NCBI GenBank assembly: GCA_020137815.1
Contig: CM035351.1
Coordinates: forward strand, 2,480,001-2,544,000
Reading direction: 5' to 3'
DNA length: 64,000 nt
Origin: Hormiphora californensis
Taxonomy: Eukaryota > Animalia > Ctenophora
Part shown: piece after piece, positions 1-11,168 of the stretch
Position numbering within the stretch: position 1 is the first letter of the stretch
Layout of the letters: every line of letters begins with the position of its first letter
The notes under the pieces: model-generated
Told to the model about the DNA's origin: nothing
Databases searched by the model: none
Seen by the model: only the letters and a program-made list of their open reading frames with translations
Translations under genes and position numbers: made by a program

Positions 1-119
1 GTTCATGAGCAAGCATGTATATGTTCGTGTGTGAGACGGGAGTGAACGCCGTGTGCTGGTCGTGCAATTTGATAGTGTTCGTGAAAAATGGTTATGCTCA
101 AGGGTAAAGATAAATAGAA

Positions 120-120
120 A

Positions 121-201
<81 letters not shown>

Positions 202-338
202 AGAGAGCTAGAGAGATAGATTAAGATAGATAGAGAAAGGGATAAATTCAATATATACATCATGAATATAAAGAAATAATCCCGGCTGGCTCCTATCGAC
301 AGGCTGTCCATAGCGAGAGAGAGAGAGTGAGAGAGAGA

Positions 339-376
<38 letters not shown>

Positions 377-382
377 GAGAGA

Positions 383-419
<37 letters not shown>

Positions 420-420
420 C
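120..420. repeat. (GA)n microsatellite; similar GA/TC tracts at ~1925-1975, 2134-2370, 2623-2790, 21310-21422, 21550-21680, 23740-24540, 25395-25520, 36797-36930
   Basis: Dinucleotide runs seen directly; they explain the SLSLSL/RERERE ORFs. Confidence 0.97.
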
Positions 421-584
421 AGAAGGAGAGGACTACCGACCGGATCCACTTTTGCGGGAAAGGACTACCAATCACCAACACCCTCGGCCTAAGCTAAGAC
501 GCAAACCCGCCCAGTCTGGATGGATACTGCTGCTGCTTCAGTACAGCACCATAACAGACAGCCACCATCACTCCATAAGCCCCC

Positions 585-1875
585 CCCCTCCCCCCGGAAA
601 TCCACAGGCGCAAATGTGGGTTCGGTACTCCTCTCTTCAGGGTAAATGGTGTCCGGAAGAAAAGGCCGGTAGGTGACGTGGATGAGTGGCTTGTGATGTA
701 CGCATTAAGCTGCGGTAAGGTGCTGGCTGAGTTGACTTGCGTGTTGTGCCAACTTTTTGAAGATGGTCAGTACCACAGCCTGTGGCACTGTACCACAGGC
801 TGTGGTACTTTCCACCAGCCTAAGGAACCCTCACCCTAACTCTACCCCGGTGGAAAAGAAAGATGGAGAGAAAGGGAAAAAACAAAGAAAAAAAGAGAAG
901 CGAAGAGAAGTGGATAAGAGAGAGGAAGAGGAGAGAGCGGGGTGGTTCATAGAAAAAAAAAAAAAAAAACCCCCCCAAAAAGGGAAAAAACCCCCCTTTC
1001 CCCCACCCCCCCCCCCCCCCGGGGGGGGAATTTTAAAAAGGGGGGTTTGGGGGGGGGGGGGAAAAAAAGGGGGGGGGAAAACCCTTAAAAAAATTTTTTT
1101 TAAAAAAAAAGGGGTTGGGGGGCCCCCCCAAAAACGGCCCAAGGTTCCCCCCCCAAAAAAAAAGAGGGGGGGGAAAAAATTTCCCCCGGGGGCCCCAAAA
1201 AAAAAAAAAAATTTTTTTTTTTAAAAAAAGGGCCCCCCGGGGGGGTTGGGGGTTTTTTTAAAAAAGGGGGGCCCCCCAAAATTTTAAAGGGCCCCCCCCC
1301 CCCGGGGGAAAAAGGGGGGGTTTTTTCCCCCCAAAAAGGGGGAAAAAATTTTCCCCTGGGGAGGGTTGGGGGGGGTTTTTAAAAAAAAAAAAAAGGGGGG
1401 GAAAGGTTTGGGGGAAAAAAGGGGGAAAAAAAAGGGCCCCCGGGGGGAAAAAAGGGGGGGCCCCCCCCCCAAAAAGGGGGGGTTTTTTTGGGGGGAAAAA
1501 ACGCCCCAGGGGGGGGGTCGCTCCATTTGCGAAGGACTACCAAAAATGGCCTAGCTGGAGAAATGGGTTCGTGTCTAGTACAGCCCCATAACAGACCCCC
1601 CTCCCCCGGAAATCCACAGCCGCAAATGTGGGTTCGGTACTCCTCTCTTCAGGTAAATGGTGTCCGGAAGAAAAGGCCGGGTAGTTGACTGGATGAGTGG
1701 CTCTTGTGATGGTACGCATTAAGCTGGGCGGTAAGGTGCTGGCTGAGTTTGCCTTGCCGTGTTGTGCCAAACTTTTTGAAGATGGTCAGTACCACAGCCT
1801 GTGGCACTGTACCACAGGCTGTGGTACTTTCCACCTAGCCTAAGGAACCCTCACCCTAACTCTACCCCGGTGGAT
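585..1875. repeat. Direct repeat of ~270-350 bp (~585-853 and ~1596-1875), each copy with a 17-bp-stem hairpin, separated by homopolymer-rich junk (~950-1517)
   Basis: Both copies read ggaaatccacag...gtaccacagcctgtgg-cactgta-ccacaggctgtggtac...ctctaccccggtgga and differ mainly by 1-nt indels. Confidence 0.85.
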
Positions 1876-2132
1876 AAATGAGAAAGAATGGGAGAGAGAA
1901 AAGGGAGAAAAAAAGAAAGGAAGCTAGAGAGAGAGAGTGAGAGAGAGAGAGGGAGAGAGAGAGAGAGAGGGGGGGGGGTGGTTTCAAAATTAAGTTTTCA
2001 AAAAGATTCGAAAAGATGGAATTAGTAGGTTTTGTGCAAACATTGCATTAGGCATCATGCTTTAACACCAGGCTCGCAAGGAAAATCAAAATAACACTCT
2101 CGTGCTGTGTTGTGTTAAGGAACACGGATATG

Positions 2133-2181
<49 letters not shown>

Positions 2182-2217
2182 TCTCCCTCTCTCCCTCTCT
2201 CTATCATCTCACTCACT

Positions 2218-2266
<49 letters not shown>

Positions 2267-2642
2267 TCTCTCTCTCACTCTCTCTCTCCTCTCTCTCTCT
2301 ATCTCTCCTCTCTCTCTCTTCTCTCTCTCTCTCTCTCTCTCTCTCCCTCTCTCTCACTCTCTCCTCTCAACCACCCTTCATAAACAAACACCTATCAGGT
2401 GGTGCAGCCAATCGGGTCATTGACCAACCCAAGACCAACTGCTAATGGAATATATTACTCGTATTGGCACTGAGGGTTTCATAAAATGAACGGCAAGAAA
2501 ATGATCTTAGAGAAAAACTAATTTTCCTGTTGCTATCTCCATCATTGCAGTGGTGCAGTAAGAAGTGAAGCTAATGCAAATGTATTATAACCAACATGAA
2601 CAGCATCGTCGTTCTAACTATATCTTTCTCTCTCTCTCTCTG

Positions 2643-2709
<67 letters not shown>

Positions 2710-3064
2710 CCCTCTTTCTCTCTCTCTCCCATGCTTCTTGTGTACGCAAACAGGAAATGGATAATTCTAAACTCTCTCTCTCTCTCGTTTTCTCATGCGT
2801 CTTTTTATGTAGACAGCGTTTTCTATAATCTATTACGAGTCTGTGAATAATAATTATATTCAAAGACTCTAGATAATCTCTACATCATAGAAGTCAGGAC
2901 CAGCCATACAAACTGATGCTATAGATAAGAGAGCAGTGAACTCTCGATCTAATAACAATCACTTTTCACTTTCACAATGGTCCTAGCATTAACCCAATAC
3001 CCTCCCTCCTTGAAAAAGTAATAGTTCACTACGTAGTACTAACCAACTCACCTTTGTTTATAGC

Positions 3065-5788
3065 ATGGTCAAGAAGATTGCCAGTGTTACGCTCCAGCAG
3101 CTCCTCTATGAGTGGGACCATGTGAGTTGAAAGAAGTCAACTAGACTCAATTAGACATGCAGACAGCTAATGTAACAGAGGGTGGGATAAATCAAAAAGA
3201 AGGACTGACAAACCGACGGACAGAGAAACAGATAGATCATAAAAATAAACATAAAATGGAAGAGTTCTTCCATACTTACATAGAATCCTTTTCCTTTCAG
3301 GGTAAAACGAAAGCACGGGAGAGGATTTTGTCCAACTTTATAGCGAACCATATCAATGTCAGTGGACCAGACCTTGAAGAGGAATTCGCAGATGCAGCAT
3401 CTCTCTTTCTTACACGCATCACTACCTGGCTTCGACTCACGTAATATTGATACTGCTGCATTGTTTGTTTGTTTGTGTGTGTGAGTTTGTTTTTCGGTGT
3501 GGGGATACGTGCAGTGAACACACGTGTGGGCGGGGGACAATAGGAATATGTGGAGGACAGCCTACAGTTATATTGGAGAGGGAGGGAGAGAGTAGGGAAG
3601 TTAAGAAAGAAGGGGAGGTGTAAACCTTTGTTCAGATTTATAATTAGAGGTATTCATTTGACACGTTTTCCTTCATATTATACAGGTACCTGCTAGGAGG
3701 AAACATCAATATCCAGTTGGATTCTGTCAAGATTTTCCTCTCGGCTTCCTGTGGGTGAGTGTCCAAGAGGATCAATATTACCAATTCTCACGCTCTACAG
3801 TCTACCGTTATTGTTTGTTGGGTGTATTCGTTTGACTGTCGAGTTCCTCTCTGGGAACTTCACTCAGTTCACAGCTTTAGTTGATGCGTGGTGGTGGACG
3901 ACCCCCTAGCAACACTGCTGCGAAACAGTAACGCGCAGAGTCCTGGTTGTGTGAAAAGTAAAGTGCTCGCGCGCAATGACACTGGACGTCTTTGCAATAT
4001 GAATATCACTTTCTGAATCTGATCGTCATCTCACCATTTCAGAGAGCTATTGTTTGTAATTTGTTTAAGTTTCGGACTTCGGTTTCAGTTGGAGCCCCCT
4101 AGGGTCGAGAATTAGCCCTACCTCTAAATCCCCCACCCTTTCCAGGCAGAGGTATCTATCGGAATTTCTTGAAGTTGGCGGTATCCTCACTCTCCTAGAA
4201 ATCCTTGGACTCAAATCGGCTCGGGAGATTGACAAATGTTCCTGCTCTCCAGCTCCTTGAAACGATCTCCAAATGTGGGAGAAAGTACAAGGAGGTGATA
4301 TGTGAGAGCTATGGTGTGAGGGCTGCGGCAGAGTGTATGGCACGTTCATTCTCTGCCGACACCCAACAAAATGGGTTGTCGCTCCTTCACTCTCTGGCCC
4401 AGGGCAACCCTCGGTATCAGAAACAAATTCACCAGGTTCTCAAGGATCTTCTACCCAGCACTAACCCTGGTAAGATTGTAGATATACGCCGGGTAAGATA
4501 TTTGGGATTTTAGGAGCAGTTTTACAGGGTGAACCTAAACAGTCTTAATATAACCTAAACAGTCTTAATATAACATTGGTAACTAAGGTTTAACACTCGA
4601 GACCAAATCTGATAATCTATTTGATTCTTTTACAGTTTACTACCCCTTATCCAGGCACCCAAAAGGTTGCAGCCCAAGGACTACGGCAGATCCAGAAACT
4701 AGTTGGTTCACCTACCCCCTCACTTGTTGAGAATGTGCTGGCTCTACTGAGGAGTGTTCACTCGGATGTCCAATATGAAGCATCCCAATTGTTACAGGTT
4801 AGGAGTGGGTGGGTCATTTTTGAGCTGGTTTGTATTTCATAGTGGGGTGAGGTCTTTCAAAACGAGGTCTGGTGTCGCCAGACAGGGTTGTCCCACTGCC
4901 TTGTGGAATAATCAATAAATCCCATTCTACTCAAGTAACATATTCCCATAACGATTTGCAATTGTAATACCCTATCCCATCTCCCAGATATTGTAAATAT
5001 CAAATCCCCCAGATGTAGTAACTAACATGTACCCCCCCCCCCAGATGTTGGTAGACTATGAAGATGTAAGGGAGGTGGTGGTGTGTGGTCTAATCGCCCT
5101 CCTGACCCCCACCCTAGATGATGTATCCCGTGCTACTGATGCACCTCTCGCTCAGCACCTTCAACAGGTATATCAGCTGTCTAATATAGCAAAATATATC
5201 TTACGACATAACATATCCCCGACATAAATTTTGTTAGTTAGATGTGACTAAAACTGCTGCTCTAGTGCTCTATATTTTTAAGAACAAAGTTTCATTTAGT
5301 TGATTACTACCTCGATCCTCTCCTCTAGGCAGCAGCAGCTAAACTGCTAGGTATTCTCTGTGACGATTCCCCCAAACTGGCTGCCCTGGCAGTGAGGAAT
5401 GGAGTGGTAGCTGGGTTAGCGGTGGTGCTGAGCAATGCTCGGCATAGAAACAGCCAGCAACACGCAGCCCGGACCCTGGCATTGTTAGTTGAGATGTTTA
5501 AGGAGGTGGAGAAGACGCTCTGTGAGTCTCTGGGACAGGAAATACTGGACGAGTTCAGAAGGTACGTGGTTTTTACTTCTCAGAAAGTGAAACCGCAAGT
5601 GAAAATTTTGGAATAATGCTTGAATTGCAACCACCATATAATATAAGTGAGTGAATAAGAACAATACACATGTTTCCTGAAGGTGCCCAGAGGATATTCA
5701 CGAGAAGTTGAGTCCCTCCCAGCTTGATAAACTGATTGCACGGAACACCCAGATAACCCTTGTGGACAGTGATGAGAGTGATGAATGA
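3065..5788 (+). CDS. ARMH1: Armadillo-like helical domain-containing protein 1 (C1orf228), 8 exons: 3065-3121, 3301-3440, 3686-3754, 4146-4469, 4655-4797, 5045-5167, 5329-5561, 5683-5788; apparent +1 frameshift near 4240
   Basis: Spliced translation gives EWD..KARERILSNFI, ASLFLTRITTWLRLTY, YLSEFLEVGGILTLLEILGL, GRKYKEVICESYGVR, GNPRYQKQ, VQYEA and LQQAAAAK, matching ARMH1 motifs. All introns are GT-AG. Confidence 0.9.
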
Positions 5789-6784
5789 TGACGTCAGATA
5801 GCAGAGACTTTATGTGAAACACAACTCACAACCTAATTTAATCAGATCCAACTCCGAATCCATGATCATGAGTCCATTATCATTATTTTCACACATCCAG
5901 CTTCAGTTCAGCTTGTTTTTTAACACAGAGACAATGTAAAATGGTAAAGAGAGCACTATATTCTCATGTAAATATATCCAACAGATTGTAAAAAGTGTAC
6001 CAAATATGTGATATCTATTTACTTTTCGAAAGCGTGATGTTTTTTATTTGCAATTTTCTATAAGATTAATACAAAGAGGACGGTACCCGCATAAAAACTT
6101 TCTCAGCACTGCAAAAGTATAATGCGCGGTGTCGAACCGTTAAGTCGCGCGCGCGCTAGCTATCCCCATCCCAACCACACAGGCTAGTGCTGAATTTGCG
6201 AACTCTACACAGGCTACAGAACCACTGAAACAGCTGATCCTTGAACAATCTCTTCTTATCAGCGAAAAACGTGCTGAATCATGCCTTTGGGAAGCGAAAG
6301 GAGCGAAGGGGAATGTACTAAAACTAAAACGAACTATTCAAAATGCCGAAAAACAACAGGCGTGTTCACTTCTGTCCGGTACTGACAGGCGTCTATTCGA
6401 TTCACCCCCTGGTGACCTACAAGCCTGTTGACCTACTCTCTGATTGGCCTAATCAGAGACCAGGAGTATGCGATCGGGCGAGTAGGTCATAAGGCCATAC
6501 AGGTACTCGTTACCTACTGCTGAACTTCATCATAGTTTTGAATGGCAGAAACTAAAACACGTTGTTTCTCAAACAAAAACAAAAAATTCATTTTACACAA
6601 TCAGTTTAGATATCCAATATTTTTACAGTACATAACATTCGCAATCCTTCCATAAAATGAAACACTCGTTTGTAATTAAAGAGAAACAACGATTTTGCAG
6701 TACTAATATTCAATTAAGAACAGGAGCTTTCGACTGATCTATGTCAGACGTCTTCAGCTATAACAACAATGAAAATGAAAGTGT

Positions 6785-9366
6785 TTATGTAGTGGAGAAG
6801 AGGATATGGGATCCGGGGAGGGGAGGAGAGAGGAAGGGATGAGATCCGAGAAGGAAGATGCGATCCGTTTGTAGCCTTTTCTCCAGTTGTACATATACGG
6901 TCTTCCTCTTCTTTGGCGGTAGTGGCTTTCCCGTCAAGATATGCAGGATCATGGTATCCGTTTTAGCATTGAAAGTCCTCAGGATTTCCAACAGCCGCGG
7001 TATGGAAGGATGAGCGGAAGCTGCAGTATTATTTAACGCGTTGTTAGAACCCTCAGAGTAGTTGTTAGTCCTTGGGCTGCCAGAAAGGACTGCAGAGTGG
7101 ACGTTCCACATGTTGATCGGGTAGACGGTTGGGTTGTAGATCCATTCCTTCTTCACGTACTCCAGGACAGGTAGAAAGTCAGGTCTTCTTCCTAGGTGAT
7201 GTTGTAGTTCCATCCACACAGATGTAACGTCAGTTGCTGGGACGAATGCTAATCCAAAGAGAGAATGAAGAGCCTCCTTGATAGTGGGATCATAGTCATT
7301 GGAGCCCTGTCGGTAACCGGGAACTTTCTGGAATCGGCGGATGAGGCACTGCTTCCAGTGAAATAGACAACCACAAATACAGGCTTCCGGGAAGATCTGG
7401 CGGATGGCATTGTGTTCCGCAACTTCAAAATCAACCACCACTTTTCCAACAGACATTCTCGGGCAAAGATCCTTTATGAACTGAAGGGCCTTCCTGTATG
7501 ACGCTGTAGATTTGTCCTCTAGAAGGAAATATGCCAGGGGTGCAACCTCCTCGGTGTCGAACAGGAACGCCCGTACAATCCAAATCTGGGTGAAGAATTT
7601 GGGCGATGTTCGAAAAGTTCCATCAATGAAGATGTGATGGTGATGCCGGTTCAGGGCCTCAATGGTTGACTCCGTGGCGAAACCGACAACTCTCTTGCCA
7701 TTTGGTGTCGTCTCATCTCCAATAATGAACAGGTCGTTGTTGGCGTCCTCTCGGGCAGGTAAGTTGATGTCCGTAGTAGCTGCTGATGTGGCCAGGGACG
7801 CTGCGTATCCTCTATAGTTCTTGCGTTTTTTTCTCAGGGACTTCTTCAGTAACTTCTCGTCCGGTAGTTTTGTCCTGATGGGGGCAGATGTGTCCTTCAG
7901 CAAGGAATTGACAATAATTCCAGGTGCCGCTAACTCCTTCACTGCTGTTGTCCGGACAATGGAGAGGAATTCTTGGGCTCCTGCAGTTATCCAGCATCCT
8001 TGGTGGGAATGAGGGTTCTCCTTTACCACCTCACTTCCATTAGTTGTCAGCCTTCCTTTACATACGGGATCATATTTTCTCCTATCCTTGCATGTCCAGG
8101 CACGGTTTCCGTTGTTCTGGTGCCGGTTGTGGGAGTAGATGTAGTCATTGAAGATGACCTGGTCGCCACCGTTGCGTCCCTTTGTAAACTTTACAGCAGT
8201 GGCGTAGCCAGGGTTTTGAGCATGGTAGTGCATTAAGAATTTGAAGTAGTGCACCTTTAAATTTTAATCAAGGAAAATTTTACCGATTTTTGTCGATTTT
8301 TGACAATCTGAGAGCAATTTGAAACAATATGAAGGAGGCACCTGGCGTACAGCCCCCACGAGTAGGGTCCAGGGATTGCAAGCCCTGGTGGGGTCGTGGG
8401 GCGAAGCCCCCGGAAATTTTTCCTTCTTTCTGTCAATTTTGACAATCTGAGAGCAATTTGAAAACAATAATTCAAGCAATATGTCGGGTATAAAGCCCCC
8501 ACCAGCAGGGTCCAAGGACTGCAAGCGCCAAGCCCTGTGGTGGGAGCGTGGGGCGAAGCCCCCAGAATTTTTTCCCGATTTTTGCCAATTTTGACAATCT
8601 GAGAGCACTTTGAAAACAATAATTCAAACATTATGAAGGAGGCAAAGCAGGATCCTGGGACTGTAAGTCCTGGTGGGAGCATGGGGCGAAGCCCCCCGGA
8701 AATTTTTTCCCGATTTTTGTCAATTTTGACAATTTGAGAACAATTTGAACACAATCACGCAAACCAAGAAGGGTAATACACCATGGATAGCACAATCCTA
8801 GCAAGTGGGTGTTGTGCTGTTATCCCATCGAGGCATGGAACGCATGGTACTGGCGATTGCTCTCTATAAGTATAAACTTGTCACCTGAACCCCTCTCTTT
8901 TTCTCGTTCTTTGTGCTTTATCTCTATTTGTTTGGGATTCAGTGTCGTACATTACATCTCAAACGCTAATTTCAAGTTTATATCCTACCGAACTCCGAAG
9001 TAGTGCAATTTCGATAAAAATTTAGGCGTGGTAGTGCACATCAGGAAAATTTGAGGTAGTGCAGTTGGGAGCGCTCAGGTAGTGCAATGCACGTTTGCAC
9101 ATACCCTGGCTACGCCACTGCTTTACAGTGTTACAAGCAGGGGATTGGGAGGGAGGAGATGGAGGAGGAGGAGGGGTTGATGAAGGAGAAGTAGGAGATG
9201 AAGGAGGAGGAGGAGGTGGAGGAGAAGTAGGAGATGAAGGAGGAGGAGGGGATGATGGTGTAGGAAGGGGCGATGGAGGTGCTATGGCCAGGAAAGAGTC
9301 CTCAGCGTTGTTGTAGGTATCCATTGCACAACGAAGTGTATTTGGTAAAGGAGATGATGTAGACAT
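6785..9366 (-). pseudogene. FLYWCH + MULE DDE transposase interrupted by a hAT MITE
   Basis: Motifs WTC..C...HSH (FLYWCH-like), IFIDGTF, VVVDFE, CLFHW and RTNNYSEG. The Pro-rich N-terminus (9366-9121, ...ACNTVK) joins FTKGRNGG in frame once 8197-9120 and one TSD are removed. Confidence 0.88.
8197..9120. mobile_element. Non-autonomous hAT-type element (MITE) with internal ~130-150-bp tandem repeats (~8280-8750)
   Basis: Perfect 17-bp TIR cagtggcgtagccaggg/ccctggctacgccactg; exact 8-bp TSD ctttacag at 8189-8196 and 9121-9128. Confidence 0.93.
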
Positions 9367-11168
9367 AATGATTGATTGATGACGAACGTATGACGTATAG
9401 GTTTATATACTATTCACTCTACTCTTGCTCTTAATGAATGCATTCCTATCATTTTCTTGTTTAGTGTACTACTCTTGCTCTTAGTGAATGCATTCCTATC
9501 ATTTTCTTGTTTAGTGTGTATTGACAGGGTACGATGTACTGTCCAATCAGAGCTATTGATTAACTGATTGGGTCATCCGAATCGATATGAAAATACGCTT
9601 AGCTCTAGCTTCTATGGGTCATTGTCAATGAAACGGGGTCAGATTTCTGATTGGAGAAAAACACTATGATCAGTGTGATTGGTATGCCACACCTTGGAGT
9701 AGGTCACCAGGCTGGTAGGTAATTGCGACTTTTGGTCGCCGTGACCTACTGGTCCCCTAATTAGGGTTTACAGGAGTAGGTCACCAGGCTAGTAGGTCAC
9801 CAGGGGAGGCACCGTCTATTCGACGAAATATCATCTAGGGGAGCTTCAAGCTGGTTAACAGCTCTGCCTTTGAAAGAGCACGGTTTCGTCCTCAACAAAC
9901 AGCAATACCGGGACGCCATCTTGCTGCGATACAACCTTCCCCTCGAAGATGTGCCTATTGCATGTGCATGTGGCAAGGCGAACACTCTCGAGCACTGTCT
10001 CTCGTGTGCCCTCGGAGGATACGTGTATTTAAGGCACAACAATATCCGTGACCTTACAGCTAACATCCTCGTGGAAGCCGGCTGCAAAGATGTCCGCATT
10101 GAGCCGCAGCTCCTACCCATAACTGGTGAAACATTCCAATACCGTTCTACTAACACTGCTAACAGTGCCCGTTTGGATGTTTCTGCCCGTAATGTGTGGA
10201 GTGACTTGGACAAAGTTTACACTGACATCCGTGTATTCAACAGTCTTGCGCCAACCAACATCGGCAAGTCCCTCCAGGACACTATGAGGAGACACGAGAG
10301 GGAAAAGGTATTGAATTACAACGACAGAGTCCTTCAGGTCGAGAAGGCAACTTTCACACCCCTAGTCTTCTCAACAACTGGGGTTATGGGCCCCCAAGCG
10401 GAGGTGTTCTACAAGAAGGTTGCTAAACTTCTATCTGACAAAACGGGACACACCTACAACGATGCCATCCGGTACATTCGTCTCCGTCTGTCTTTCTCGC
10501 TGCTGAAGACCATTCTCATCGCGATCAGGGGGTACAGGGGCAACAAATGGACACACTTTTGTAGCAAAACAAACGATTTTCATCTTATTATCTGATTTAT
10601 TTATACTTAACTTATTACACCCATAAGAGTAAATTTTATTTTTATACCTATTCATGTAAATAATATTGTACTGACATATATTCTATTTGAACCGGTACCC
10701 CGGCCTTCACAAAAAAATAAAATTTAAAATAAAAAAGTCTGGAGATTTTTGAACCATTTTTTAAATTTTTTTCACGCATCTTTAAAAATTGGACCCGTAT
10801 GACGACTGGGCACTGGTGTGTTTACTGTGTAGTATTGAAATGAATCCCAGATGATATATCAATAAGTTCAAAAAACTGTCAATCATGAATCACAGTTGAT
10901 CCCAAATCCCCTGAAATTTTTCCAAAATTTCGTCTCATAATATCCTATCATTGATAGGGATTAGGGGTCCATAATTGGGTCCCTTATAAAATCGTTACTT
11001 TACTTCTTCTTACTTTGCACTGTAGTCTTGTGCAGAGGATTAATAGTGACCACCATGTGCGAATGCGACGTGCATACCACAAACTTTTTGCTCTTTTTTT
11101 CAAAGCACAAATCACAGCCCATATTTGTTTCTAGCCGGCAAGTTACCCCTGCCCCCGTTGTTGGTGGA

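Larger units (their letters stand above)
6399..9813 (-). mobile_element. Mutator-like (MULE) DNA transposon
   Basis: Imperfect TIRs (cccctggtgacctac.agcctg.tgacctactc and its reverse complement), subterminal gtaggtcaccagg repeats, and a flanking direct repeat (c)gtctattc(ga) at 6390-6400 and 9813-9823 (TSD 8-11 bp, boundary ambiguous). Confidence 0.9.
6156..10700 (+). mobile_element. 5'-truncated CRE-clade non-LTR retrotransposon (RT C-terminal region, Zn-knuckle, restriction-like endonuclease), split by a MULE insertion; pieces ~6156-6398 and ~9822-10595 plus AT-rich 3' UTR
   Basis: LAIPIP..ASAEFANSTQATEPLKQLILEQ...RRLF joins in frame to DEISSRGASSWLTALPLKEHGF...CACG..HCLSC..GG...RHN..RD...RLDV...REK...FTPLVFSTTG..G when the insertion is removed. 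Outer ends are approximate. Confidence 0.85.

Noticed and set aside
950-1517. Lys/Gly/Pro/Phe-rich ORFs
   Set aside because: Pure homopolymer runs typical of a failed read tail; the flanking duplication is probably the same locus read twice.
1600-1665. U1-like atttacctg on the minus strand
   Set aside because: Lacks U1 stem-loops and an Sm site.
3-2863. SLSL/RERE ORFs here and at other GA tracts
   Set aside because: Microsatellite translations.
6100-6160. CRE insertion into a spliced-leader RNA gene, as in trypanosomes
   Set aside because: No SL-like exon, donor or Sm site recognised in the flanks, and no clear TSD.
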